Of a stretch of DNA of 50,435 bases, positions 1 to 10,132 are shown piece after piece. The position numbers and the translations under genes are program-made. The DNA lies in the IMG/VR virus record IMGVR_UViG_3300031892_000001, positions 1-50,435 of that record; one strand, 5' to 3'. Source of the stretch: a virus (Duplodnaviria; Caudoviricetes). The notes below the pieces were generated by a model, which was not told the DNA's origin, made no database searches, and saw only the letters and a program-made list of their open reading frames with translations. Each line of letters opens with the position of its first letter. The stretch's first letter is position 1.

Positions 1-1
1 C

Positions 2-655
2 ACTGGTGCCACCACAGTCTCCGCGGCCGCCGCCGCCCCGTTCGGTGGGCTGTCCGCCACAGCGGCCGGCACCGTCACCCCCGTCGGCGCGGGGACAGCC
101 ACTGCGCTACTCGGTGCACTGACAGCCGCCGCCGTCGGGATCCGCACAACCACCGCCACCGCCAACGCGCCGCTGAGCGGCCTTGTCGCTTCCGCTGCCG
201 GAACCGTGACGGTCGCGGCGACCGCTGTCGCCTCGCTCGGGGCCCTGGCCGCGAACGCCACCGGAACGGTCACCGCCCCCGGTGGCGGAACCGCGAACGC
301 GCCCCTCGGGGCGCTGGCAGCAACAGCAACCGGGACACACACCGCGGTCGGCTCCGCCTCCGCCGTGCTCGGCGCGCTGGTCGCGACCGGCGCCGGAACA
401 CGTGCCACCACTGCCGCAGCCGCGGCGCTGCTGGGCGGGCTCGTCGCGTCCGCTGCTGGTGTCCGGTTCGCGACCGGTACTGCCGTGGCCCTGCTGGGCG
501 CTCTCACGGCGGGGGGGATCGTTACGCCGCCGACCACCCGTGGCGGATCCGCGTGGCTTGATCGAACGGCCCCGTCGGTCCGCGCCAATGCCCGGGGCTC
601 CAGCTCGACGGCCCCGCTTAACAGAACCGCACCGACTACGAGAGGGGGAGCGTGA
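2..655 (+). CDS. 5'-truncated Ala/Gly/Thr-rich repeat protein, probable virion structural/decoration protein
   Basis: The frame of ORF 206..655 stays open to the window start. It has about 8 imperfect ~21-aa repeats (AxAxLGxLxAxAxG) and its stop overlaps the next start (GTGA). Confidence 0.6.
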   Translation, partial: TGATTVSAAAAAPFGGLSATAAGTVTPVGAGTATALLGALTAAAVGIRTTTATANAPLSGLVASAAGTVTVAATAVASLGALAANATGTVTAPGGGTANAPLGALAATATGTHTAVGSASAVLGALVATGAGTRATTAAAAALLGGLVASAAGVRFATGTAVALLGALTAGGIVTPPTTRGGSAWLDRTAPSVRANARGSSSTAPLNRTAPTTRGGA

Positions 656-1476
656 TGTACGACGTCGGCGACATCGTCCCCCTCGGAATCACCACACTCG
701 ATGCCAGCGGCACCCCGGCGGAAGCCGGGTCTGTCGCGCTGACGATCGGGCTTCCTGACCTCACCACCGTCACCCCGACCGTCGACCACGTGCCCGGCAC
801 CGCCGAGTACACGGTGGACTTCCCCGCCACGATGGAGGGGCTGCACCGAATCAAGTGGGATGTGACCGGAGCGAACGCGTCCGGTACCCCAGATGCGTTC
901 AACGTCCGCGAGATCACCGATCAGATCATCTCGTTGGCGGAAGCCAAGAGGCAACTCCGGCTGACCACAGCCGATCGGGACGACGACCTGCGTCTGTTCA
1001 TCGCCGCCGCCACCATCGCGGTCGAGGACCACATCGGGAAGAAGCTGGCGCGCCGCACCATCACCAACGAAACCCATCTGCGGGTCGACGGCGCCCTGAT
1101 CCTCGACCGTGTTCCCGCGCTGTCACTAACCAGCCTCACCAGCTTGGACGGCGCCACCACCTGGGATGTGTCCACCCTGCACGTCGACGAACCCACCGGC
1201 ATCATCACCCCACTGACCGGAGGCCGCCCGTACGGGAACCTGAAAGCCACTTACGTGTGCGGCAAGCGGGTCATCCCAGCCAACGAACTGTTGGCGTGCC
1301 GGATCATCACCGAGCACCTGTGGCAGACCATGCGGCCGTTCTCCACGTCGGCCGCCACGCCCGGGCCCGCGTCGCTTGAGGACTCGCTCGACGCCCGGTC
1401 AGGCGGCCTGGTCGGGTTCGCGATCCCCAACCGGGCGCTGGAACTGCTCGGCAAACCCGGCCCGCTGGTGGCGTGA
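652..1476 (+). CDS. Head-tail adaptor/connector (gp6-like) with N-terminal beta-rich domain
   Basis: IISLAEAKRQLRL...DDDLRLFIAAATIAVEDHIG and YVCG...P motifs typical of phage head-tail connectors; located upstream of the tail genes. Confidence 0.8.
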   Translation: MMYDVGDIVPLGITTLDASGTPAEAGSVALTIGLPDLTTVTPTVDHVPGTAEYTVDFPATMEGLHRIKWDVTGANASGTPDAFNVREITDQIISLAEAKRQLRLTTADRDDDLRLFIAAATIAVEDHIGKKLARRTITNETHLRVDGALILDRVPALSLTSLTSLDGATTWDVSTLHVDEPTGIITPLTGGRPYGNLKATYVCGKRVIPANELLACRIITEHLWQTMRPFSTSAATPGPASLEDSLDARSGGLVGFAIPNRALELLGKPGPLVA

Positions 1477-1943
1477 TGGCATCAACCAGCGTCATGGAGT
1501 CGAAGGTCCCCGACATCGTCCTGGCCCTGTACGGGATCGTGAAAGCCCAACCCGACATCGCCGAGACCGCGGTGATCCTCGGCTCCATGTACGTCAACGA
1601 CTACCACGACTACCTGGTGTACGTGGGGCACCGCCCGAACGCGGAAGCAACAGTCCCCGCAACCAGGGAAAGCCCCGCCGGCTACCGGCTCAACGACATC
1701 GAGACCGCACCGATCCCGATCCTGCTCGCCGCGACCGACCCGGATCACGACATGGCCGCGGCGTTGGTCAGGGTCCGCGACATCCAAACCGTGGTGGTTC
1801 ACGCCATCCAGGAAGACATGACGCTCGGGCTCGGCAAGAGTGTCACTGCGTCGCTCGGCGGCATGAACTGGCAGCTGCTGCACACCGACAAGGGCGCCGA
1901 AGCCAACCTGTGGTTCGACGTCGAAGTGAAGGCGGCGTTGTGA
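1476..1943 (+). CDS. Probable tail terminator/head-tail joining protein
   Basis: About 155 aa; TGATG coupling to the adaptor; D-x-TLG motif and C-terminal beta strand; position in the module. Confidence 0.55.
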   Translation: MASTSVMESKVPDIVLALYGIVKAQPDIAETAVILGSMYVNDYHDYLVYVGHRPNAEATVPATRESPAGYRLNDIETAPIPILLAATDPDHDMAAALVRVRDIQTVVVHAIQEDMTLGLGKSVTASLGGMNWQLLHTDKGAEANLWFDVEVKAAL

Positions 1944-2374
1944 CCGCGCCCGGCCCGGTGGACCCGATGGTGCAGATCGCCCGTGACATGCGCGATCTGC
2001 CGCCCGAGGTGCGGAAGTCGGCGCGGCCGAAGCTGCGTGCGGCCGGGCAGATCATCCAGAAGAAGGCGCAGGCGAACGCGTCGTGGTCGTCGCGGATCCC
2101 CGGAAGCGTGAAGGTTGTCACCAGCTTCCGCCAGAACCGGGAAGGTGTGACCGTCCGGGCGGGAGGGTCGAACACCCCGCATGCCCGCCCCTACGAGGGT
2201 CTCACTACCCGCGGTGACTCCTTCCGGCACCCGGTGTACGGCAACGACTGGTGGGTGGCGCAGGCTGCCCGACCGTTCCTCATGCCGGCGGTCGAAGCGT
2301 CCGCCGGTGAGGTTGACGCCAAGGTCCGTGCGGTGCTCGACGAAGCAGCCGCCGGGATCGGGTTCGAAGGCTGA
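1940..2374 (+). CDS. HK97 gp10-like neck/tail-completion protein
   Basis: GTGA-coupled start at 1940; ASWSSRIPGSV, PHARPYE and RPFLMPA motifs. Confidence 0.7.
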   Translation: MTAPGPVDPMVQIARDMRDLPPEVRKSARPKLRAAGQIIQKKAQANASWSSRIPGSVKVVTSFRQNREGVTVRAGGSNTPHARPYEGLTTRGDSFRHPVYGNDWWVAQAARPFLMPAVEASAGEVDAKVRAVLDEAAAGIGFEG

Positions 2375-2379
2375 CGAAG

Positions 2380-2640
2380 GTGAAGGGGTCTCCCGTGGAG
2401 TTCGTGTGGATGAAGCACGCCGGTATCGAGGCGTCGGCGAAGGTGCCGGCGTCGGCGGTGCAGCACTGGGAGGGCAACGGCTGGGTGACCACCGACCTGC
2501 CGCCGCGGCGTGTCTCACGCCCCAAGAGCGAACCGGCAGAGCCGGTCGAGTCCACGCCCGTGGACGCCACGCAAGAAGACAAGGCCAGCGACAAGCCGGC
2601 CAAGACCCGTAAGGCGCCGAGCGGGCGCAAGGAGGACTGA
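2380..2640 (+). CDS. Small hypothetical virion-module protein
   Basis: 86-aa ORF between the neck gene and the major tail gene, with a low-complexity C-terminus. Confidence 0.55.
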   Translation: MKGSPVEFVWMKHAGIEASAKVPASAVQHWEGNGWVTTDLPPRRVSRPKSEPAEPVESTPVDATQEDKASDKPAKTRKAPSGRKED

Positions 2641-2643
2641 CCC

Positions 2644-3138
2644 ATGCCGATCACCCCCAACCAGCCGGCCGCCATCAGCCGCTACTTCGGTGTCGGTGTC
2701 ACCGAGGTGCTGTTCTGCACCACGATCGCGAACCAGGCGGCGCCGTCGTTCGCCGAACTGGACGCGGGCACCGAGATCACCCGAGACATCGCCGCGGTGT
2801 CCGGGTTCACCGTCGAGTCCGCGTTCATCGAGACCCCGGACATGAAGACCCGGTTCGTGTCGAAGGTCCCGGGCCGCATCACGGCCGCCGACAGCTCTCT
2901 CACGTTCTACGCGGACGAGGACCGCGGCGCCGGCGACATGGCGCTGATCCTGCCCCGCGACACCGAGGGCTACATCGTGTTCGCTGACGCCGGCCTCGCC
3001 TCCGGTGTGGGCGACGTGTTCCACGTCAAGGTCGGCTCCAACACCACCATGCGGTCCACGGACGACACCGTGAAGCGTGTCGTCACGTTCGCGATCGTCG
3101 AGGAGCCGTCCGAGGGCGTCACCCTCCCGCAGTCGTGA
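2644..3138 (+). CDS. Major tail (tube) protein
   Basis: APSFAELDAGT...IAAVSGF...TPD...F.SKVPGR..ADSSLTFY pattern of actinophage tail tube proteins; GGAGG RBS. Confidence 0.85.
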   Translation: MPITPNQPAAISRYFGVGVTEVLFCTTIANQAAPSFAELDAGTEITRDIAAVSGFTVESAFIETPDMKTRFVSKVPGRITAADSSLTFYADEDRGAGDMALILPRDTEGYIVFADAGLASGVGDVFHVKVGSNTTMRSTDDTVKRVVTFAIVEEPSEGVTLPQS

Positions 3139-3614
3139 CCAGCATCCGGGAGCGGCTCGAAGCCAAACAACGCCGCCGCCGGATCGTCCCCATCCAGGTG
3201 TCGGATCCCTCGCAGGACCACACCACCTGGATGGGGGTCGCTGCCGCCCTCGAGGTCGAACGCCGCAAAGACGAACCCGACCCGAAGATGCTCGAGAACC
3301 TCCAAACACAACTGGATGCCGCGGAGACGCGGGCTCGGGACCACTACGTGGACGTCGAGCTGCAGGCGCTGCCGGCCGCCGAGTGGGAAGCCGCGCAGGC
3401 CGAGTGGGTCGACGAGGACGGCGACATGACGTGGGCGGTGGCGTTGGCGCCGCTGCTCGAGGTGTCCTGCGTGGATGAGGAGTTGCGGGACGCCGGATGG
3501 TGGCGTGACCAGATGTCGCGGGACTCGTGGTCCGAAGGCGACACCCACGCGCTTCGTGCGGCGCTGCTGGAGTTGAACGTGTACGCGGTGGAGAGCAGGG
3601 CCCCAAAAGACTGA
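3135..3614 (+). CDS. Tail assembly chaperone (gpG analogue)
   Basis: Lies between the major tail and tape measure genes; ends in slippery heptamer C CCA AAA (3602-3608). Confidence 0.8.
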   Translation: MTSIRERLEAKQRRRRIVPIQVSDPSQDHTTWMGVAAALEVERRKDEPDPKMLENLQTQLDAAETRARDHYVDVELQALPAAEWEAAQAEWVDEDGDMTWAVALAPLLEVSCVDEELRDAGWWRDQMSRDSWSEGDTHALRAALLELNVYAVESRAPKD

Positions 3615-3964
3615 GCCGCGACCCGCTGTTCGCGGCACGCATGGCCTACTGCGGGCCGAAAGGGATCCAGCTCTCCACCTTCCTGTCGTGGTCGCCCGCT
3701 GACCAGGCCGCGGCGCTGGCGTGGCAGCAGCACGAGAACCGCCGCTGCTCCGGCTGCGGCACCCACCCCGACGACTGGAACGAGAAGGCCGGCGGCGACC
3801 GGCACGCCTGGCATGCCGAGCACGCCACCTGCCCTGGCTGCGCCGAGATCGAACATCACCGGGAGTTGCCGGAGATGCAGGACACCCGCATGAAGGGCGT
3901 CCACATCAGGCTCGCGTCCGGCCCTAACGGACTGTGTCCACGTTGCGGACCGCCGACGAAGTGA
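3602..3964 (+). CDS. Tail assembly chaperone C-terminal extension (gpGT) reached by -1 frameshift
   Basis: ORF 3527..3964 is in the -1 frame relative to 3135..3614, overlaps the heptamer, has no good start of its own, and carries CxxC motifs. Confidence 0.75.
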   Translation, partial: PKRLSRDPLFAARMAYCGPKGIQLSTFLSWSPADQAAALAWQQHENRRCSGCGTHPDDWNEKAGGDRHAWHAEHATCPGCAEIEHHRELPEMQDTRMKGVHIRLASGPNGLCPRCGPPTK

Positions 3965-3973
3965 GGTGACGCC

Positions 3974-6946
3974 ATGGCCACGAAGCCGCTCACCTACAAG
4001 CTCGGCATGGACATCGGCGAACTGGTTCGCAACGCCGAGAAGGTGGGTGGGGTTACTCGCAAGCAGCAGCAGGAGTTCCGGAAACTGCAGCAGCAGCAGC
4101 GGGAACACCGGGCGGCGTTGTCCGAGCTCGGCACCGGCATGCTCACGTTCGGTGCCGCGGCGACGGTCGGTATGGGCTTGGCGATCCGTGAGGCGATCAA
4201 GTGGGAGTCGGCGTTCGCCGGTGTCCGCAAGACCGTCGACGGGTCGGACGAGGAAATCGCCGCACTCGAAGGAGAACTTCGCGGGTTGGCCCGCACCTTG
4301 CCTGCGACGCATGAGGAGATCGCGGCGGTTGCCGAGGCAGCCGGCCAGTTGGGTATCAAGCGGCAGGACGTTGCCCAATTCACCAAAACCATGATCGATC
4401 TCGGTGAGACGACGAACCTGTCCGCCGAGGAGGCAGCGACCGCGCTCGCGAAGTTCTCCAACATCATGGGCACCAGCGCATCCGATGTGGACCGTTTGGG
4501 GTCGGCGTTGGTGGCGCTCGGCAACGACGGCGCCTCCACGGAGAAAGACATCATCGAGATGGCACTCCGCATCGCCGGCGCGGGCCACCAGATCGGGATG
4601 ACCGAGGCGCAAGTGCTGGCGTTCGCGTCCGCGCTGTCGTCGGTGGGTATCGAAGCGGAGGCAGGCGGCTCATCGTTCTCCGGTGTCATGATCTCCATGT
4701 CGGCTGCGGTGAACGACGGCAGCGAGAAGCTGGAGTCGTTCGCGAAGATCGCCGGCGTATCCACAGAGCGGTTCGCCACCAAGTTCCGGGTGGACGCGGC
4801 CGGCGCGGTGCAGTTGTTCATCTCCGGGCTGGGGAAGCTGCAGGCTTCCGGCGCCGACGTGTTCGGGATCCTCAACGAGCTCGGGTTCTCCGAGATCCGG
4901 GTTCGTGACGCGCTGCTGCGCGCGTCGGGTGCCGCGGACTTGTTCACGGACAGTTTGAAGACGGGGTCGGCGGCGTGGGCGGAGAACACTGCGCTCAGCG
5001 AGGAAGCGGCGAAGCGGTACCAGACCACTGAAGCCCAGATGCAAATGGCGGCCAACGCGATCAAGGACGCGGCCATCGACATCGGTGCCGTGCTGCTGCC
5101 GATCGTACAAGGCGGTGTCGAGGTCATCCGCGACCTGGTCACCTGGTTCCAGAACCTGCCTGGCCCGATGAAGACCGTTGTCACCGTGATCGGCGCGGTG
5201 GCAGGTGGCGTAGCACTGCTCGGCGGGGCCGCGCTGGTGGCTGCACCGAAGGTGCTCGCGTTCCGCGAATCGATGACCACTATGGCGTCGGCAGGTGGCC
5301 GCGTCTCGGGTGCACTCGGCAAGATGGGGTTGTTCCTGGCTGGTCCGTGGGGGATCGCGATCGGTGCCGCGGTCACACTGCTGGGATTGTTCGCGGCCAA
5401 GTCGGGTGAGGCGGCGCAGCGCCAGGCGGAGACGGCGGCTAGCGCCAAAGAGGTAGCGGCGATCATCGCTGAACAGAACGGTCAGATCAACGAGTCCGTG
5501 ATCGCCGCGCAGGCGAAGCAGCTCGCCGACGACGGCGTGTTGAAACTGGCGCGGGAGCTCGGCATCGAGGGCGGCAAGGTCACTGAGGCGGTGCTGGGGC
5601 AGGGCAACGCGTACGAGGAACTCACGGGGAAGCTGAAGGAGAAGGCCGACCTCGACGGCTTGAACCTGAACAAGGAGGGGCAGCTTCTTGCCGCGATCAT
5701 CGCCCGCAGGGAGGGGTTGGTGGCCGCGAACCAGGCGATCGGCGACGCGAAGGCTGCGACCGAGGGGGCGACTGGGGCGAACGCGGAGAACGCGGAGTCG
5801 ACGCAGAAGGTTGCGGATGCCGCGAAGGAGGCTGCGGACGCGCTCGATGGCATGGTCGACGCTCTGGACGAGCTCAACGGTGTGACGCTGTCGCATCGGG
5901 AGGCGCAGCGGAAACTGGTGCAGACGGTCGACGACGCGAATGAGGCGTTCAAGGGCAACAAGAAGACGCTGGACATTCACACCGCGGCCGGTATGGAGAA
6001 CGCTGAAACTCTGGACGGTGTCGCGTCCGCCATGAACGCCGCCGCTGAAGCAGCGGCCCGCGAAGCAGAAGCGACCGGTGGGGCGGCGGCAGGTAACGCG
6101 GCGTTGCGTTCCTCGTTGGAGACGTCGAGGCAGCAGCTGTTCAACATGGCCAAGCAGTTCTTCAAGACCGAAGACCAGGCCTGGGCCTACGTGGACAGTG
6201 TGCTGGCGATTCCCGCCGAGGCGGAAACATTCGTCACCACGCCCGGCTCGCCGGAGGCGAAAGCCGAGCTGGAGAACGTGTTCAACCGGGTGAAGAACAT
6301 CCCGCCGAAGAAGGAAGTGAACGTCGGCGTCCTGTCGTCGACCGCGATCAAAAAGCTGGAGGACATCGGGTTCAAAGTCCGCAAACTGCCGGACGGGTCG
6401 GTGACGGTGTCGGCGCAAACCGCGGGCGCGCAGAGGGCGCTGGACAACTTCATTGGCCGCAACTACGGCAGGCAGATCCCTATCAGGATTCAGGCGACTG
6501 GTGTGGTGAACCAGGTCGGCGGCAAGATGTTCTTGGGCAACGCGATGGGTGGCGTCGTCAAACACTTCGCGCAGGGCGGGTTCGAGAACCACCAGCCGAT
6601 GGTCGCCCGCGCTGTGCCGGGCACGGTGCGGGTGTGGGCGGAGGAAGAAACCGCCGCCGAGTCCTACATCCCGTGGGCGATGGACCGACGCGGCCGCGCC
6701 ACTGGGGTGTTGAGGGAGACAGCCGACGAGTTCGGGTTCTGGCTTGTGCCGAAGTCGCAGATGGTTCGGGCGTTCGGGTACGGCGGCGTGTCAGGGCAGA
6801 CCGGGGGTGGGTCCGTGCCGGGCGACGTCAACGTGCAGGTGTTCATCGGCGAGCGGGAACTCACCGACATCGTCGACGTCCGCATCACCCACAGCAACAG
6901 GCAGACCCGACGGAACATCGTGTCCGGGTCAGGGAACACGCGGTGA
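3974..6946 (+). CDS. Tape measure protein (TP901 family)
   Basis: 990 aa, Ala-rich and helical; WESAFAGVRKTVDG and VDRLGSALVALGN TP901-type core. Confidence 0.95.
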   Translation: MATKPLTYKLGMDIGELVRNAEKVGGVTRKQQQEFRKLQQQQREHRAALSELGTGMLTFGAAATVGMGLAIREAIKWESAFAGVRKTVDGSDEEIAALEGELRGLARTLPATHEEIAAVAEAAGQLGIKRQDVAQFTKTMIDLGETTNLSAEEAATALAKFSNIMGTSASDVDRLGSALVALGNDGASTEKDIIEMALRIAGAGHQIGMTEAQVLAFASALSSVGIEAEAGGSSFSGVMISMSAAVNDGSEKLESFAKIAGVSTERFATKFRVDAAGAVQLFISGLGKLQASGADVFGILNELGFSEIRVRDALLRASGAADLFTDSLKTGSAAWAENTALSEEAAKRYQTTEAQMQMAANAIKDAAIDIGAVLLPIVQGGVEVIRDLVTWFQNLPGPMKTVVTVIGAVAGGVALLGGAALVAAPKVLAFRESMTTMASAGGRVSGALGKMGLFLAGPWGIAIGAAVTLLGLFAAKSGEAAQRQAETAASAKEVAAIIAEQNGQINESVIAAQAKQLADDGVLKLARELGIEGGKVTEAVLGQGNAYEELTGKLKEKADLDGLNLNKEGQLLAAIIARREGLVAANQAIGDAKAATEGATGANAENAESTQKVADAAKEAADALDGMVDALDELNGVTLSHREAQRKLVQTVDDANEAFKGNKKTLDIHTAAGMENAETLDGVASAMNAAAEAAAREAEATGGAAAGNAALRSSLETSRQQLFNMAKQFFKTEDQAWAYVDSVLAIPAEAETFVTTPGSPEAKAELENVFNRVKNIPPKKEVNVGVLSSTAIKKLEDIGFKVRKLPDGSVTVSAQTAGAQRALDNFIGRNYGRQIPIRIQATGVVNQVGGKMFLGNAMGGVVKHFAQGGFENHQPMVARAVPGTVRVWAEEETAAESYIPWAMDRRGRATGVLRETADEFGFWLVPKSQMVRAFGYGGVSGQTGGGSVPGDVNVQVFIGERELTDIVDVRITHSNRQTRRNIVSGSGNTR

Positions 6947-8337
6947 CTGTCTCACTGACGTACGACGCGCAACTGTCGCGGGTGCGGATCGGCGCGGACA
7001 GCCTCGGCTCTGCCGCGACCGCCGTCGTCGAACGGTCCACCGATCAGATCCGGTGGACCACCGTACGAGGCGGCTCCGCGGTCGCGGTGACTGCGGGCAC
7101 GATGGCGACGCTCGACGACTACGAGTTCGCTGCGGACGTCCTGAACTACTACCGGGTCACCTACCCGGCCGCGCTGTCGTTCGTCGCCGCCGGCACGGCA
7201 GCGCACGGCAACAACGCCTCCGTCGTGCCGGGCCTTCCCGCTGGTCTCGCATCCGGTGATCGCATGTACATGCTGGCGGCAATCCGCAACTCGCCGACAG
7301 GCGTGCCCACGACCCCGGCTGGGTGGACGCTGTTGGTCGACGGCGCCAACATGCGACTGTTCGGCAAAGTTGCCGGTGGGGCGGAGGTTGCGCCAACGGT
7401 CAGCTTCACCGGCGGGGTCGCGAACGCCGACACCTCGGCGCAGATCGCCGCGTTCCGCGGCGCCGAGTTGAACCCGTCCTACTTGGCTCAGCAACTGAAC
7501 GTGTCCGGCCAGGACATCACGACACCGTCCATCGTGTTCCCGACCGGCGAGACCCTGTTTGACTCGGTGTTGCTGTACTTCGGGTGGAAGCAGGACGACT
7601 GGACGTCGGTCGACACACTCACCAACGCAATCGAGATCGGTGAACCGGACACCACCACCGGCGACGATCAGGGCATCGTGTGGGACTACCGGATCACCGC
7701 GTTCAGTTTCTCCGCGGTGGCGTCACGGACATTCACTGTCACCGGCGGTGTCGCGGCGATCTCCCGCGGTGGTGTGGCGGCGTTCGAGCCGACCCTCGCC
7801 ACCCAATCGAACTCGATCACCCCCGTGCTTGGTGGGGTGTGGTTGAAGTTCATCTCCCGCCCATTCCTCAACACCAGGGTCGAACCGTGGGGAGACATCC
7901 AGTGGACTCGACGGTCCCGCAACGGTGTGTTCGAGGTGGTGGGACGCTCAACCCGGGTCGCGGTGTCAGACGTACGCCTGTCACGAGAAGGGCTGTTGGC
8001 GTTGATGACCTTGACGGTCGCCGACTACGAGCGGCTCGATCTGGTTCTGGCCGGCGGGGATCCGGTGTTCCTCCACGCCCCAGCCGATCACCCGTTGCCG
8101 TCGATGCATGTCGACGTCGGTGACGTGCAGATCACCTCCCCAGTCCCGGGCACCCACTTCTTCACGCTGCCGCTGACCCAGATCGCGGCGCCCGCCCCCG
8201 AGGTAGTCGGCGCCACATCCACGTTCCAGACGTTGCTGAACAACTACGCGACGTTCGCCGACGTGCTCGCCGCGTTCGCCACATTCCAGGAAATCCTCGA
8301 CGAGATCGCACAACCCGCGGACATCGAGGTCCCATGA
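6943..8337 (+). CDS. Minor tail protein, distal-tail-like with inserted beta-rich domain
   Basis: GTGA-coupled to the tape measure stop; DDYEF...YYRV N-terminal part and VWLKFISRPFLN C-terminal part flank a ~220-aa insertion. Confidence 0.7.
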   Translation: MTVSLTYDAQLSRVRIGADSLGSAATAVVERSTDQIRWTTVRGGSAVAVTAGTMATLDDYEFAADVLNYYRVTYPAALSFVAAGTAAHGNNASVVPGLPAGLASGDRMYMLAAIRNSPTGVPTTPAGWTLLVDGANMRLFGKVAGGAEVAPTVSFTGGVANADTSAQIAAFRGAELNPSYLAQQLNVSGQDITTPSIVFPTGETLFDSVLLYFGWKQDDWTSVDTLTNAIEIGEPDTTTGDDQGIVWDYRITAFSFSAVASRTFTVTGGVAAISRGGVAAFEPTLATQSNSITPVLGGVWLKFISRPFLNTRVEPWGDIQWTRRSRNGVFEVVGRSTRVAVSDVRLSREGLLALMTLTVADYERLDLVLAGGDPVFLHAPADHPLPSMHVDVGDVQITSPVPGTHFFTLPLTQIAAPAPEVVGATSTFQTLLNNYATFADVLAAFATFQEILDEIAQPADIEVP

Positions 8338-9452
8338 GGCCCGTGTCGACGCGGTTCCTGGAGGTTGTCAGGAACTCGCACAAGGCGTGTTTCCGCGCGA
8401 CAGTCGTCACCGGCATGCCCACCGGCGTGTCACCTGTCGGGATTCCGATCCCGATCCTCGGCGGCGACATCAAACTGGACGCCAACGCGGACATTCGGGG
8501 GACGCTGGAACTCACCACCGAAGGCGCCTACTGGGATGTGTTGGACCCGTACAGCGCGGAGATCCACGTGTCGCGGGGGATCGAGTTCGGCGGCGGCGAA
8601 CGCGAGTGGGTCAGCCAGGGCTACTACCGCATCTACAACGAGGACCAGGAAGACGCCCCAAAGGATGGTCTGATCCAAGTGGACGGCAGGGATCGCATGT
8701 CGGGGATTGTCGAGGCCCGGCTGGAGCAGCCGCGCCAGTTTGTGGCAGGCGCTTCCGTGTCGGCGGTGTTCACCGCCCTGGTGTTGGACGTATACCCGAG
8801 CGCGGTTATCGAGTACGACTTCGACGCCGCGAACACGGCCTTTACCGGCAGCCACATCGCCGAGGAAGACCGATACCAGTTCCTACTTGACGTGGTGAAG
8901 GCGTTGGGGAAGGTCATGTACTGGGACCATGAGGGCAAGCTGCAGGTGCGGGATGCCCCGGCGTTGACGGACCCGGTGGCCGATGTGACGCACGGCAAAA
9001 ACGGTGTGCTGGTTCGGATGTCGCGGAAGCGGTCCCGAGAGGGCGTGTACAACGCGGTGATCGTGACCGGTGAGGCGCCGGGGGATGCACCGGCGGTGCG
9101 TGCGGTGGCGAGGGACCTGGCGCCGACATCCCCAACGTATTGGGGAGGCCCGTTCGGGAAGGTCCCGAAGGCGTACAGCAGTTCGTTCATCACCACGACC
9201 CAGCAGGCGGCGTCCGCGGCGGCTGCGCTACTGGTCCGGAACCTTGGGTTGCCCTATGCGGTGTCGTTCGGGATGGTCCCCAACCCGGCGCTGGAGCCAC
9301 TGGATGTGGTGACGGTGTCCTATCGGGACCGGGCCCAGACTGAACTGCATGTGATCGACAAGCTGACGGTGCCGTTGACGGCATCCGGGGTTATGGATGC
9401 CGACACGCGAAGGCGGGCCAGCGAGGGCGTCGACATCGAGGAGGTGCTGTGA
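8334..9452 (+). CDS. Minor tail protein, hub-like (DUF5047-like)
   Basis: MRPVSTRFL, GRDRM, YNAVIVTGE, PTYWGGPFGKVP and PNPALEPLDVV motifs. Confidence 0.8.
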   Translation: MRPVSTRFLEVVRNSHKACFRATVVTGMPTGVSPVGIPIPILGGDIKLDANADIRGTLELTTEGAYWDVLDPYSAEIHVSRGIEFGGGEREWVSQGYYRIYNEDQEDAPKDGLIQVDGRDRMSGIVEARLEQPRQFVAGASVSAVFTALVLDVYPSAVIEYDFDAANTAFTGSHIAEEDRYQFLLDVVKALGKVMYWDHEGKLQVRDAPALTDPVADVTHGKNGVLVRMSRKRSREGVYNAVIVTGEAPGDAPAVRAVARDLAPTSPTYWGGPFGKVPKAYSSSFITTTQQAASAAAALLVRNLGLPYAVSFGMVPNPALEPLDVVTVSYRDRAQTELHVIDKLTVPLTASGVMDADTRRRASEGVDIEEVL

Positions 9453-10132
9453 TCGGTCCGGATCTCTCCGAGTTCATGCGGGCGCAGCCGTCCGCAGACG
9501 TCGGGTTTCATACGGGCGCGATTTTGTCATGGGACTCGGCCACTGGCGAGAACGTCGTCAATGTGTCTGGGGCGGCGATCTCGGATCTGCCCGTACTCAA
9601 CATAGGCGATACGACCAACCTGACTGTAGGTGATGTCGTCGCGTTGATTCGGTACAAGACGACGTATTTCATCCTCGGACGTGTCGTCTTGCCAAACTCC
9701 GGGGCGTTTGCGACGTCGGCGGTATCGTTCGAGAAGATCGCTACCAAAACCGCCAGCTTCGCGTTGACCACCAGTGACACCACCGTGATTAGCGCTGACG
9801 TACACGTTCCGGCGTGGGCGAACCGTGCACTAGTACACGTCAATTATCATCTGGCGGGTCGGAACAGCAGCGGCGTGAGTACATATCTCAACGCCAAGAT
9901 ATCGTGTGCGGCGCTCAGCATCTCCGGCACCATCTATTGGAATGTTGAACAGGTCGCAAACACCGGTTATGGAACTGTGAGTGTGGCAGCCTCGGCGGAA
10001 GAGTCCGTGACGCCAGGCGCAACCGTCACCGTTAACGGCGTCGCCTTTGTTAACAGTGGCCCGTGGGCGGCCAGTAGCGAGCATGAAGCAATCATGACCG
10101 GGTTCGCCATCTATTCGCGGATATCGGTGTAG
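9449..10132 (+). CDS. Minor tail protein (lower-GC gene)
   Basis: N-terminal OB/spike-like segment (GAILSWD...VGDVVAL...YFILGRV) plus a beta-rich C-terminus; visibly AT-richer than its flanks. Confidence 0.7.
   Translation: MIGPDLSEFMRAQPSADVGFHTGAILSWDSATGENVVNVSGAAISDLPVLNIGDTTNLTVGDVVALIRYKTTYFILGRVVLPNSGAFATSAVSFEKIATKTASFALTTSDTTVISADVHVPAWANRALVHVNYHLAGRNSSGVSTYLNAKISCAALSISGTIYWNVEQVANTGYGTVSVAASAEESVTPGATVTVNGVAFVNSGPWAASSEHEAIMTGFAIYSRISV

Noticed and set aside
3344-6592. Long minus-strand ORFs (422, 490, 640 aa) opposite the tape measure gene
   Set aside because: Shadow ORFs caused by high GC3 bias; no motifs.
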